DNA of 64,000 bases from a virus (lineage: Duplodnaviria > Caudoviricetes). The notes under the pieces were generated by a model. The model ran no database searches. It was not told where the DNA came from and saw only the letters and a program-made list of their open reading frames with translations. The position numbers and the translations under genes were made by a program. Positions 19,502 to 28,947 of the stretch are shown piece after piece (the first letter of the stretch is position 1; each line of letters begins with the position of its first letter). The stretch covers positions 32,001 through 96,000 of IMG/VR virus record IMGVR_UViG_3300033463_000011. One strand, given 5' to 3'.

Positions 19502-19664
19502 CCTCTTGCACTTTTAACTACAGAAGAAATCATTGAACTATATAATGAGGGCATGCAAGGTTCTTAAACATATCGCATCGGGCGAGATCTTAGTTCTCTG
19601 AAATTTTCTAAAAATATTAGATAGATTAGTAAGGAATTGATATCAACTAAATCTCAAGGTTAAA

Positions 19665-20516
19665 TCATTCATCAGATTCAGAATAGTATTCATCAGAATA
19701 ATTAAAGGCTTCTTGAACGCTAATAGCTTCTTCAAGTTGCCTTTTTAATTTTTCCTCAGCACCAGGACGTGCTGCTACTAATTCATCGAACGGGATACCA
19801 TACATCTGAGACATCTTAAGTAAAAATGAATCTTCTAATTTAGATTCTCTTTCAAGCATTTCATGAATGATTAAATCTTCAATAGAATCATATTCGTCAT
19901 TATATAACTCATCAATTCTATCTTCGACAACAGTTGCCGCAGGCTTATAAATAGAGATATCATTAACATCAGCATTATTCATTGTGCAGAATATTGCTCT
20001 AAGAGCTTCCATTTGGTCAGGAGGTAATTTAACTTTAGCAATATCTTCATAAGTAACATCTGACCAATACTTGCCTAATTGTTCTCCTGCTTTCATACAT
20101 AAGGAGCGCCGCAATGTCCACTTGACATTATCAAATTCACGCTCCATACACTCTGTTATTCTCGGTTTAAAGAAACTAGTAAACGCTAAATCAGTTCTAT
20201 ATTTTTTACCTATCTCAGGAGTAAACATATATTTTGCCCATAACTGATTACTCATAAAATGACAAATCGCTGATTGATATTTATCCTCTAAAGTAGCAGT
20301 TTGATTATTAACATATTTTGTTTTCGCTATATACCAGAAAAAATTATCATTCAACATAATAACTTCATCTCGTATATCTGTATAAGAATCTCTTTCTGCT
20401 AATGTAGTTTGCGGAAGAAAACTATACAGCTCTAATGTACGTAATTTAATCCAATCAACATTTTTCAACGATGATTTATCTAGTTGTGTTGGGTAAGAAG
20501 AACAATAATAATCCAT
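19665..20516 (-). CDS. Phage sigma70-like factor
   Basis: IRDEVIMLN..FFWYIAKTKY..LEDKYQSA..FTSFFKPRI resembles sigma region 2; SD GAGGTG. Confidence 0.6.
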   Translation of the reverse strand: MDYYCSSYPTQLDKSSLKNVDWIKLRTLELYSFLPQTTLAERDSYTDIRDEVIMLNDNFFWYIAKTKYVNNQTATLEDKYQSAICHFMSNQLWAKYMFTPEIGKKYRTDLAFTSFFKPRITECMEREFDNVKWTLRRSLCMKAGEQLGKYWSDVTYEDIAKVKLPPDQMEALRAIFCTMNNADVNDISIYKPAATVVEDRIDELYNDEYDSIEDLIIHEMLERESKLEDSFLLKMSQMYGIPFDELVAARPGAEEKLKRQLEEAISVQEAFNYSDEYYSESDE

Positions 20517-20519
20517 AAC

Positions 20520-21150
20520 TAATCACCTCAGGAATAGAAAACAAAAGTATTATTATATGTGACATTTGGAAATGTTCTTGATAATGAACCTATAAATAAA
20601 TTATATATAAAACTTAGAAAATTTAAAGTAAATTTCATATAAAATCGAGAAAATTATTATGAAAATTTTAAAATTTAATCTGATCGTAATAATTGAGATT
20701 GCAGGTCAATTGTCAGTATTTTCTATAAAATAAATTTTAGAATTAGAAATTACCAAAAACCATTAAAAATTAACAGAATTTTAGATATTGTGTTAAAATG
20801 AGCCACTTTTTGAAAATATCAGAGAATTCACATTTTTAGCAACTATAAAATCAACTAAAATTTTACTTTAGCAAACTAAAATAATTAGGTCAATTCTCAG
20901 AATATGCGAAATTTTGATCGAAATATAAATATAGAAATATAAATCTTGAAATATAAATAACTTAAAAGAAATATAAATTAAATAAGTAAAAGTAAATTAA
21001 ATAAATAATTTAGTTCAAAATCTTGTTCGAATTCATATTTGTATTTGCCCGCAGGCCTATCCGCCAGCGTCAAACCCTGCGTTGACCTGATTCGCCCGTT
21101 GACCTATTTCTTGTAATTCTAAAAATTTTTTAGAAAAATTTGCGTTCTTA
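20520..21150. other. Putative replication origin
   Basis: Very AT-rich, ORF-free; GAAATATAAAT at 20920, 20934, 20948, 20968; AGGTCAA x2 upstream and TTGACCT x2 downstream; precedes the replication operon. Confidence 0.5.
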
Positions 21151-21152
21151 TA

Positions 21153-21181
21153 TTGATTTTGCGAACAAGACATCATATACT
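21153..21181 (+). promoter_or_regulatory. Host sigmaA-type promoter
   Basis: TTGATT-17 nt-TATACT. Confidence 0.65.
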
Positions 21182-21187
21182 ACAAAA

Positions 21188-21308
21188 CATTACATCAAAA
21201 ATAGTCCAGCAGATACCGCTGCTAGGTGTGTCACTTTAAAGTCGATTTGTAGTGCGGTATCACTCAACTCCTCATTTTAGAGACTCACCTAGTAGCGGTA
21301 TTTGTTTT
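21188..21308 (+). ncRNA. Candidate structured small RNA or leader (long hairpin)
   Basis: 21208-21232 pairs with 21282-21306 (25 positions, 1 mismatch, 3 G-U); follows the promoter and ends in a U-rich tract. Confidence 0.55.
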
Positions 21309-21317
21309 AGCTATTCT

Positions 21318-21331
21318 GAATCGTTATGATA
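21318..21331 (+). promoter_or_regulatory. GAATCGTTATRRTA promoter candidate for the replication operon
   Basis: GAATCGTTATGATA. Confidence 0.7.
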
Positions 21332-21362
21332 GTGTATCAATATTGTATCTGGAGGTAGTGAA

Positions 21363-22277
21363 TTGAAAGAATTAGATGATAAGCAATTGAAATACCTCGA
21401 AATATATCCTTCAGAAGTTGCTGCGAATAAAATTTTATCTCACATGGACAAAATGTTGGAAGATAAGCCAAAAGTATATAAGAAGACTATTCTTAGATAC
21501 AAACAGCTGGCGAATATATTAATAGCATGTTTAGATAAAATTAATAAATTTATTGAATCTGAAACATTATTATCATCTGATGATACAGAGTTTGATGAAT
21601 TAAGCAAGCCTTTGGAAGATACTATTAAGCCATTTAAGAATTCTGCAGAACTTAAAAGATTGTCTGACAGCACTGAAGAATTTGATGAAATGCACACTAG
21701 TGCAAAAGAAAAATATAATACTGCATCAAATATTGCTCAATATAGTTCTATATTGCAAACGGGTGCTAATGCAGAGTTTGGTTATGAAGAAATTAATCAA
21801 TGTGCAAGATTAATTAATATGTGGTTCCAAGCAAGAATTCCTAGATCTTCCAAGAATACAGAATTCAGATATAATGTTAGCCAGATTCCCCTTTGGATTT
21901 CTCACATAATAATAACATACGGATATTATTTTGAACAAGGTAAAGTATACGATTTTGAACAGGAATTAAAGCATTGGTGCAAAGAGATCCAAGAAGATCC
22001 ACATAATACATATAGAGTTCCTTATTGCGTATATAATATTGGTCGTTCAGACAATCATGAATATTATACATTATCTGCAGTTTTGATTTCAGACATACTT
22101 TTAGAAAAATGCTATTATCCGATGTTAGATAAATGCAAGGGTACAAATTGTGACGTAGCGTCAATCGTTAAAGCGAATAATCCAGGGTTATCTGGAGCAA
22201 TAAGAACACGAATTAATAAGCAGGACGAATTACTTGAAACACTTGGATTTACATCTACTGAAGGAGGTAATAAGTAA
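21363..22277 (+). CDS. Hypothetical protein heading the replication operon
   Basis: TTG start with GGAGGT SD. Confidence 0.6.
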   Translation: MKELDDKQLKYLEIYPSEVAANKILSHMDKMLEDKPKVYKKTILRYKQLANILIACLDKINKFIESETLLSSDDTEFDELSKPLEDTIKPFKNSAELKRLSDSTEEFDEMHTSAKEKYNTASNIAQYSSILQTGANAEFGYEEINQCARLINMWFQARIPRSSKNTEFRYNVSQIPLWISHIIITYGYYFEQGKVYDFEQELKHWCKEIQEDPHNTYRVPYCVYNIGRSDNHEYYTLSAVLISDILLEKCYYPMLDKCKGTNCDVASIVKANNPGLSGAIRTRINKQDELLETLGFTSTEGGNK

Positions 22278-23506
22278 TGTTATATACCTCTGGACATAAG
22301 ATAAGATTCACAAACATTTCTGAAAATTATCAAGTGAAAAAAGCATTTAAAGGCACATTATCTTCACTTCATTCGTCTGTTATTACTTATGTTATTGCTC
22401 ATTATGAAGGAACTAAGAAGTATAAAGAGCAGGTTGTAAAAATACTCAACATTATAACATATGCAGTATATGCAGCGGAGCCTCTTCCATTAGATTGGTC
22501 TCCTCAAAATCCTTTTGTAAATATCCCTATAGTAGAAGATGATGCTATTCAAGAAGTTTTAGGTAACATCTATTTAACTGTAGATGGAATTGAGTGGGAC
22601 ATTGAACCTGTAACTCATCCGCAAGAAAATGTTACTGAATTAAAACCGGTTACAAATAGTGAGAAGAAAAGCTACATTGTAAAAGAGCCTACCCAATCAT
22701 TATTTACTCCAGTTACTTCTGCAGGTTCAATTAAATCTGCAACATCAACACCTACACAGGATCTTTCTGTTAAACCTACAGATCCGCTCGATTTATATTT
22801 GCAAGCACCTGAAGTACCTCAGTTTGATATAAACAAGCCATTTATTTCAGGAGTAGATGGAGCAGATAAACTCGTTATATATACAACTTTACCTGAAATA
22901 CCTAGGAGACAACGAGATATTTCAGTAACAACAGATATTAATAAGATGTCTGATAGCGATTTAATGAATTTGTTTCCTAATCATTTTATTCGCACTCGTG
23001 CTGAATGCATGTATGACGATGTCGGATTAGATACAGATGAATTGTTTGGTAATATTATTCCAATTGAAGGATATACAAAAGAGCAGGTCCTTAAGTGTAT
23101 AATTGAGTATCCGCATCTTTATAAACTCGCAAGACATCAATCTGGATTACAAGCAGGAACAAATTATCCTGCATTTTACGGATGGATGGAAATTGAAGGC
23201 GAGTTAATTCCTACTATGGATATCTGGGATACACTTCCTGTATCTAAACAAATTCCTCGTCAAGCAGAATATGTCAAAGAATATGTAGTAAGAAAATATC
23301 TTCTTGATAGAGATATTAATAATTATTATTTCAAATATCCGTTGTTTGGAGACCTGCAACCCTTCTTAACATTAGTAATGCCTGCAGAAGAATACATCAA
23401 GCGTGGATATGATCCACTAGAAATAGCAAAACAATGCGTTAGAAGTAGAGTTGCTTTTAAGCAATCGAGAAATCCAGTTTTAAGGAGGTTGAATAAAGAT
23501 GCATAA
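22277..23506 (+). CDS. Hypothetical protein (possible initiator/replication factor)
   Basis: Coupled ORF upstream of loader and helicase. Confidence 0.55.
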   Translation: MLYTSGHKIRFTNISENYQVKKAFKGTLSSLHSSVITYVIAHYEGTKKYKEQVVKILNIITYAVYAAEPLPLDWSPQNPFVNIPIVEDDAIQEVLGNIYLTVDGIEWDIEPVTHPQENVTELKPVTNSEKKSYIVKEPTQSLFTPVTSAGSIKSATSTPTQDLSVKPTDPLDLYLQAPEVPQFDINKPFISGVDGADKLVIYTTLPEIPRRQRDISVTTDINKMSDSDLMNLFPNHFIRTRAECMYDDVGLDTDELFGNIIPIEGYTKEQVLKCIIEYPHLYKLARHQSGLQAGTNYPAFYGWMEIEGELIPTMDIWDTLPVSKQIPRQAEYVKEYVVRKYLLDRDINNYYFKYPLFGDLQPFLTLVMPAEEYIKRGYDPLEIAKQCVRSRVAFKQSRNPVLRRLNKDA

Positions 23507-24086
23507 TTGTATGTTTACTGGATTCTGCGTAAACGGTGAATGCGATAAATCGTGTCCTGATTATGTAGAATCTACATACCTCTTAGAACGGAATAATATT
23601 TCGCTTAACAGTAATGTATTTCACGCAGACCCTAAGTTAATTCAAAAATATTCTAATATCATAACAAATTCAGAAGGTAATTTAGCCACTGTAATTGCAA
23701 GTAATACAAATGATGCTGCAGAATTACTTACATATTGTGGTATATGTAAATATTGGAAACACAGTAGATTAAACACTGTTGTTTATAATCTTAGATTCTC
23801 TCAGTATATTGATAATATTCAAAAAAGTTGGAATGCAAAAGTAAATTCTGATGAAATGGAATATATCAATAAATGGCTGGAAAAAGCAAAGTTAGTTATT
23901 ATTTCTAATATTGACTATGTAAATTTTAAAGAGTTTCAATGCCAAACATTATTAACTCTTATTCAAAATAGAGATGCAGATGGATTATCTACTATTGTTG
24001 TTTCTCCTAATATAAACTCGCTCGCCGGAGATGGAATGTTCTTCGGCAGAATGAAAAAGATTTTTACAGATTCTACTGTTAAGTGA
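23499..24086 (+). CDS. Degenerate DnaC/DnaI-like helicase loader
   Basis: N-terminal Cys cluster; AKLVIISNID, LLTLIQNR..GLSTIVVS resemble the loader AAA+ core; no Walker A seen. Confidence 0.5.
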   Translation: MHNCMFTGFCVNGECDKSCPDYVESTYLLERNNISLNSNVFHADPKLIQKYSNIITNSEGNLATVIASNTNDAAELLTYCGICKYWKHSRLNTVVYNLRFSQYIDNIQKSWNAKVNSDEMEYINKWLEKAKLVIISNIDYVNFKEFQCQTLLTLIQNRDADGLSTIVVSPNINSLAGDGMFFGRMKKIFTDSTVK

Positions 24087-24095
24087 TTAGTATAA

Positions 24096-25448
24096 ATGAA
24101 CGGATCTATAGAGTTACAAGTAATATCTAAAATAATATCGTCTCCAAACGATGACGCTGTTCTCGATGAGCTTTGTAGTTTTGATGAAAGTTACTACGGA
24201 GTTCAAGAATTGCATGATGCAATAGCGTTTATTTTGAAACACAGAGAGAATTATGGATCTATTCCAGATAGATTTACTTTCCAAGCAGAGTTCCCAAAAG
24301 TAACTATTGTTCAAGTAGATGAACCTGTTGAATATCTTGTAAGTGAGCTAAAGAAAAATAAACAGCACATACTGTTTATGGAAACATTCAACAAGCTTAA
24401 AGATCTAGGTTCTGGAGATATCAATGAAGCATGGGACTATCTAAGTCAACAGTGCGATTTATCTGCTCAGTTGAATGATACTGCTCCAATGGATATCATT
24501 CAGTCTGCCCAAGAACGAAGTGATCAAGTAGCGGAGTGGAGCAAACAAACAAGAATTCCTACAGGATTTGCGGAAATTGATAAACTAAGTTATGGAGGTT
24601 TATCTACTGTAGAGGAACTTGTTGTATTGATAGCCCGAACAGGTATTGGTAAATCTTGGTGCTGTACTAAAATGATGGAGGCAGCACAAGCAGCAGGTTT
24701 CAATGTAGCTTATTATTCTCCCGAAATGCAAGCAGCTTATCTTGCTACACGATTTGATACTTGGAGAGCACATTTTAAAAACAGTGATTTATTCCGTGGG
24801 CAATATAGCGAAGAATACGCAAAATATATTTCAGATTTACCTAAACAATTATCTCACGCATTTGTAATTGAAGATAAAGATATGCCTGATGGTGTATCTC
24901 CAAGGCATCTTTCTGCATTTGTTAAGAAAAACAAGATTCAATTACTAATAATTGACGGTATTTCTTATATGGTAGACGACAGAAAAGGATTTAGCGATCA
25001 TGAGAAATATGGTAACATCTGTCATGATTTATTTCAGTTGAGTAAGAAATATGGTTGTGCAGTAGTTATTGCAACTCAAGCAAACAGAGAAACAAAAGAA
25101 TCAAAAGATGAAAAGGGCGTGCCGTTCCCTACAATTTATAACATTTCTGGATCAGATGCTATTGGTAGAATTGCTACTCAAGTATATGCATTACGCCAAG
25201 TATTTGACAAACACGTATTTGAAATTCGACTTGAGAAGTCAAGAATGGCACTCAATGAAAATAATACATTATCATATTCTTGGGATGTTAACAACGGAAA
25301 TATGCAATACTTGCCTGGTGGAGCTGATGATGATCCGATGATTAATACACCTAATATTGATACAAATATTTTACCTACATCTAACGGTCCTGAGCCTGAT
25401 ATTATTCAAGGACTTGATCTTACAAGTGATCCGGATATGGAATTCTGA
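24096..25448 (+). CDS. dnaB: DnaB-like replicative helicase
   Basis: IPTGF, ARTGIGKS Walker A, SPEM, LLIIDGISY, QANRE, SGSDAI. Confidence 0.92.
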   Translation: MNGSIELQVISKIISSPNDDAVLDELCSFDESYYGVQELHDAIAFILKHRENYGSIPDRFTFQAEFPKVTIVQVDEPVEYLVSELKKNKQHILFMETFNKLKDLGSGDINEAWDYLSQQCDLSAQLNDTAPMDIIQSAQERSDQVAEWSKQTRIPTGFAEIDKLSYGGLSTVEELVVLIARTGIGKSWCCTKMMEAAQAAGFNVAYYSPEMQAAYLATRFDTWRAHFKNSDLFRGQYSEEYAKYISDLPKQLSHAFVIEDKDMPDGVSPRHLSAFVKKNKIQLLIIDGISYMVDDRKGFSDHEKYGNICHDLFQLSKKYGCAVVIATQANRETKESKDEKGVPFPTIYNISGSDAIGRIATQVYALRQVFDKHVFEIRLEKSRMALNENNTLSYSWDVNNGNMQYLPGGADDDPMINTPNIDTNILPTSNGPEPDIIQGLDLTSDPDMEF

Positions 25449-25491
25449 ATCGTTATAGTATGTAACATCAATAATACTGGAGGTATGCGTA

Positions 25492-25839
25492 ATGTTTGCT
25501 ATCGAATGTATCAATAAGTTTTACAAATATCACAGATATGTAGGATTACGAGATACTAATCTTCCGTATCTTGTATATGAAGGTAATTCAGATTGTCCTA
25601 AAGATATTCACGATTTTCAAACAAAAGAAAACGCAGAAAAGTATCTTGCTAACTTTATTTCTCGTGAAAACATAGATGTAATGAAGCTTGGAATATCTGA
25701 AATGGTTGATATTGCATTAGTTAACAATTCCAATAAATTTAGCATACTAGAATATTCAATTGACAATGACAAGTTAGTTGTTGTTAATGAGTATCCTCAG
25801 GATCAATTTACACGAAAAGAATGGTGGCTATCTCAGTAA
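25492..25839 (+). CDS. Hypothetical protein
   Basis: GGAGGT SD; motif promoter at 25447. Confidence 0.6.
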   Translation: MFAIECINKFYKYHRYVGLRDTNLPYLVYEGNSDCPKDIHDFQTKENAEKYLANFISRENIDVMKLGISEMVDIALVNNSNKFSILEYSIDNDKLVVVNEYPQDQFTRKEWWLSQ

Positions 25840-25848
25840 GGAGTTAAA

Positions 25849-26013
25849 ATGTACGAGTGTTTTCATTGTGGATGTAAATCTGTTGTATGGAACGCAGATT
25901 TTGATTTCAGCGATTTAGAATACGAAGGTGAAGGCATAGTTCATTTACTTCACTGTTCAAATTGCGGAGCTGATATAGAATACAGACTTGCTATTCCGGA
26001 TAAGGAAGATTGA
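25849..26013 (+). CDS. Small zinc-ribbon protein (54 aa, not in ORF track)
   Basis: MYECFHCG...LHCSNCGADIEY; SD AAGGAG. Confidence 0.75.
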   Translation: MYECFHCGCKSVVWNADFDFSDLEYEGEGIVHLLHCSNCGADIEYRLAIPDKED

Positions 26014-27047
26014 TGGAAAATGTAGAGCAAATACTGCATAAGATGGAAGAACTTGATATGATCCGCTTAGTGCGAATCACAGGAAATTATTATCAAGTTC
26101 ATTGCCCTAATGTTGAAGGACACATAGGCGGAGATAAACATCCATCATGCGGTGTTTTGTTACAGGATGAGATAAGAAATGGTCAATCGTTTAAAGCTGG
26201 ATGGTGCCACTGCTTTTCATGCGGATATTCACGAATGCTTCCTGGAGTTATTTCAGACATTCTGAAAAGAAAAAACATTAATCAATCAGGGCTAGCTTGG
26301 CTCAAAGAAAATATACCTGGATTTGAAGTAGACGATACAAACTTTGATTATTTGATTCCAAAAGAAATTTCAGCAGATATAGTTAATAAATACGCAGTAG
26401 ATTATTTAAACTCATTAACACAACCTAAGCAAACATTTATTAGTGAAAAAGAATTAGCATCGTATCGGCTTACTGTTCCGTATATGTATGAACGAAGACT
26501 CACGGATCCAGTAATTGAGAAATATGATGTAGGTTTCGATGCTAACTTTAGGCCTGAAGGAAGTAAAAACTCTATTCCCTGCGTAACATTTCCTATTAAA
26601 GACATTCACGGTAATGTAGTAACTATTTGCAGAAGAAGTATCAAAGGGAAAAAATTCTTCATGCAAAAGGGCATAGAGAAACCAGTATATGGAGTATATG
26701 AATTACCTAAGAATGCAAAATCAATATGTATATGTGAAAGCATATTTAATGCATTAACTTGTGTAACATATGGATATAATGCTGTTGCGTTATTAGGTAC
26801 TGGAACTCAATCCGAGATTGATCAGCTCCAACAGCTAGGTGCACAAGAATTCATATTATGTTTAGATAACGATGATGCGGGGCACAGAGGTATACGCAAA
26901 CTTAAAAAAGCACTATCCGGATTAGCTATTGTATGGACAATGACCATTCCTCCATTAGTAGATCCCGAAACTGGTGAGGTAACAAATAGAGATGTAAACG
27001 ATTTGACTAAATCGGAGTTTGATTACTATTACTCGTTAAAAGAATAA
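26013..27047 (+). CDS. dnaG: DnaG-like primase
   Basis: Zn finger CP..H..HPS..CHCFSC; TOPRIM ICESIFNAL and LCLDNDDAG; DVND. Confidence 0.9.
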   Translation: MENVEQILHKMEELDMIRLVRITGNYYQVHCPNVEGHIGGDKHPSCGVLLQDEIRNGQSFKAGWCHCFSCGYSRMLPGVISDILKRKNINQSGLAWLKENIPGFEVDDTNFDYLIPKEISADIVNKYAVDYLNSLTQPKQTFISEKELASYRLTVPYMYERRLTDPVIEKYDVGFDANFRPEGSKNSIPCVTFPIKDIHGNVVTICRRSIKGKKFFMQKGIEKPVYGVYELPKNAKSICICESIFNALTCVTYGYNAVALLGTGTQSEIDQLQQLGAQEFILCLDNDDAGHRGIRKLKKALSGLAIVWTMTIPPLVDPETGEVTNRDVNDLTKSEFDYYYSLKE

Positions 27048-27067
27048 TAGGAATTTTATAAAATCGC

Positions 27068-27096
27068 TTGATTTTTCTTCTATTGTATATTATAAT
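27068..27096 (+). promoter_or_regulatory. Host sigmaA-type promoter for the 27153 gene
   Basis: TTGATT-17 nt-TATAAT. Confidence 0.75.
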
Positions 27097-27152
27097 TTAT
27101 ATAATTCAACACAGGATATCAATATTTATCAATACTTCAGGAGGAAGAACTT

Positions 27153-27989
27153 ATGTCACAGTTTAGAACTACACGTAACCTTTATTTAGAATACCTTTCA
27201 AGTTTTGAATTTCCGCTTACATATGAGTCATGGCTTGCAGCAGATGACGAGTATAAGGCGGTTTTATTATTTGTGAATTTCTTCGATGAAATCGAACTCG
27301 CTTGGTATAAGCAGAGATGGTCTTATGTTCTCGAAGAAGAAGCTGTTTCGACAGTTAACCTTTACCTCATTAAGAATGTAGAAAAGATCAAGGCGGATCC
27401 AAAGAGGTTCCGTCCTGGATACATTTACACTGTTGCATCTAATTGCATCTACTGTTTGAGGGAACCCCTTGTAGAAATAAATCGCGATAAGTATGAAGTT
27501 TCCAATGAAATATCTGTTGGAGACGATATTGTCAACCTCTATGATCTCGCACCTTCTGTAGATGATTCTTATGAAGTTAAGCAGGCCAAAGAGGCTGTAT
27601 GGGATATTATCGCTAAGATGGGCCCTAAGGCTGAAAAGGTTGTAAATCGTCTTATCAATCCTGACGATTCTCTTGCAGTAACAAGAGGTAAGAGCAACGC
27701 TAATGACAAATTGAAGGATGTGTCTGTATCTGCAGAAGAATATGATTCAATTATATCATCTCTTCGCAGTAATTCTGAGTTAGTAAGGCATCTTGAACTC
27801 ATTGCTAACGGTTCGGATATTCCTGTAGGCGATAAGAAGAGAGAAGAATTTGTCAAAGAAATTGAGAAATATGAATCTGCTATCGCATCTGCAAAAACTG
27901 ATAAGCAGAAGAGAGATTATCGCAAAGCCCTTAAGCAGATGCTTAAAGACCTCAGCGAATACGATAGACATCACTTAGCTTTGAATTAA
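27153..27989 (+). CDS. Sigma-factor-like transcription protein
   Basis: EEEAVS..YIYTVASN (region 2-like) and AVWDIIAKMGPKAEKVV (region 4-like); weak match. Confidence 0.45.
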   Translation: MSQFRTTRNLYLEYLSSFEFPLTYESWLAADDEYKAVLLFVNFFDEIELAWYKQRWSYVLEEEAVSTVNLYLIKNVEKIKADPKRFRPGYIYTVASNCIYCLREPLVEINRDKYEVSNEISVGDDIVNLYDLAPSVDDSYEVKQAKEAVWDIIAKMGPKAEKVVNRLINPDDSLAVTRGKSNANDKLKDVSVSAEEYDSIISSLRSNSELVRHLELIANGSDIPVGDKKREEFVKEIEKYESAIASAKTDKQKRDYRKALKQMLKDLSEYDRHHLALN

Positions 27990-28138
27990 AGTAACATTTT
28001 CTGAATCGTTATAGTAACATATAACTTCAACATAAGTTATCAAATGTGACTAAGTTTTAATATCAATAAGTGCAAGAGTACAGACGGACTAAAGCCACAT
28101 CAAAAATACAATAATCAAAACACTAGGAGGAGTTTGAA

Positions 28139-28906
28139 ATGGCTTTTAAGTCTGTAGAGCAGTTTAATGGAGATCGTTATCACGGAATGTTCCGACTCGT
28201 AAATGACGGAGATCATGCTAATGTAATCTTTCTTTATAGGTCAAAGAAAGATATGTTAGTAGCTCAAGCGCATTATATCAAGTCCGCAGATTATTCCGGA
28301 TACGTTCATTGTTGTGAGCAGGGTTGCCCTGCATGTAGTAAAGGAATTAGAGTTCAAACTAAGTTATTTATTCCTATCCTTAATTTAGACGCAAATGATG
28401 GCGAAGGCGAAATTCAGTTCTGGGACAGGACCCTCAAGTTTGAACCTCAGTTCCAGAAAGATGTTTTTGATAGATATCCTAACCCTTCAGAATTTGTATT
28501 TACAGTTACTCGTCACGGTATTCCTAATGATGTGAATACAACTTATAGTATTGAAGCAGTTTACAGAAATTCATTAGGTTCTTATGATACGCTTCTTTCT
28601 AAGTATAATGCTGAGATGCCAGACTATTATTCTGAGATAATTAGAGAAGTATCTACATCTCAGTTAGCTGATATGCTTAAGAATGCAGGAAATGAATCTG
28701 CTGCAGGTTTGCCTGAATATACACCAATTCCAAGATCCGGCTATCAGGCTAATATGCCAGAAACATTTGTAGATACTTCTGAAGCTACTTCAATTCAGGA
28801 AACCGTGCAGGTCCATTTTGATTCTCCGAAGGGACCTGATACATCAATTATTCCTGAGGATACTGACGACGATAGCGATAGCGAATTGCCTAACCCTATT
28901 TTCTAA
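28139..28906 (+). CDS. Single-stranded DNA-binding protein (gp32-like)
   Basis: H..YVHC..GCPAC, IQFWDR, TRHG...TTY; acidic tail ending PIF; motif promoter at 28003. Confidence 0.75.
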   Translation: MAFKSVEQFNGDRYHGMFRLVNDGDHANVIFLYRSKKDMLVAQAHYIKSADYSGYVHCCEQGCPACSKGIRVQTKLFIPILNLDANDGEGEIQFWDRTLKFEPQFQKDVFDRYPNPSEFVFTVTRHGIPNDVNTTYSIEAVYRNSLGSYDTLLSKYNAEMPDYYSEIIREVSTSQLADMLKNAGNESAAGLPEYTPIPRSGYQANMPETFVDTSEATSIQETVQVHFDSPKGPDTSIIPEDTDDDSDSELPNPIF

Positions 28907-28947
28907 CTTTTCTTAGATTCGTTTATGAAGAATAAGGAGAGTGGCCT

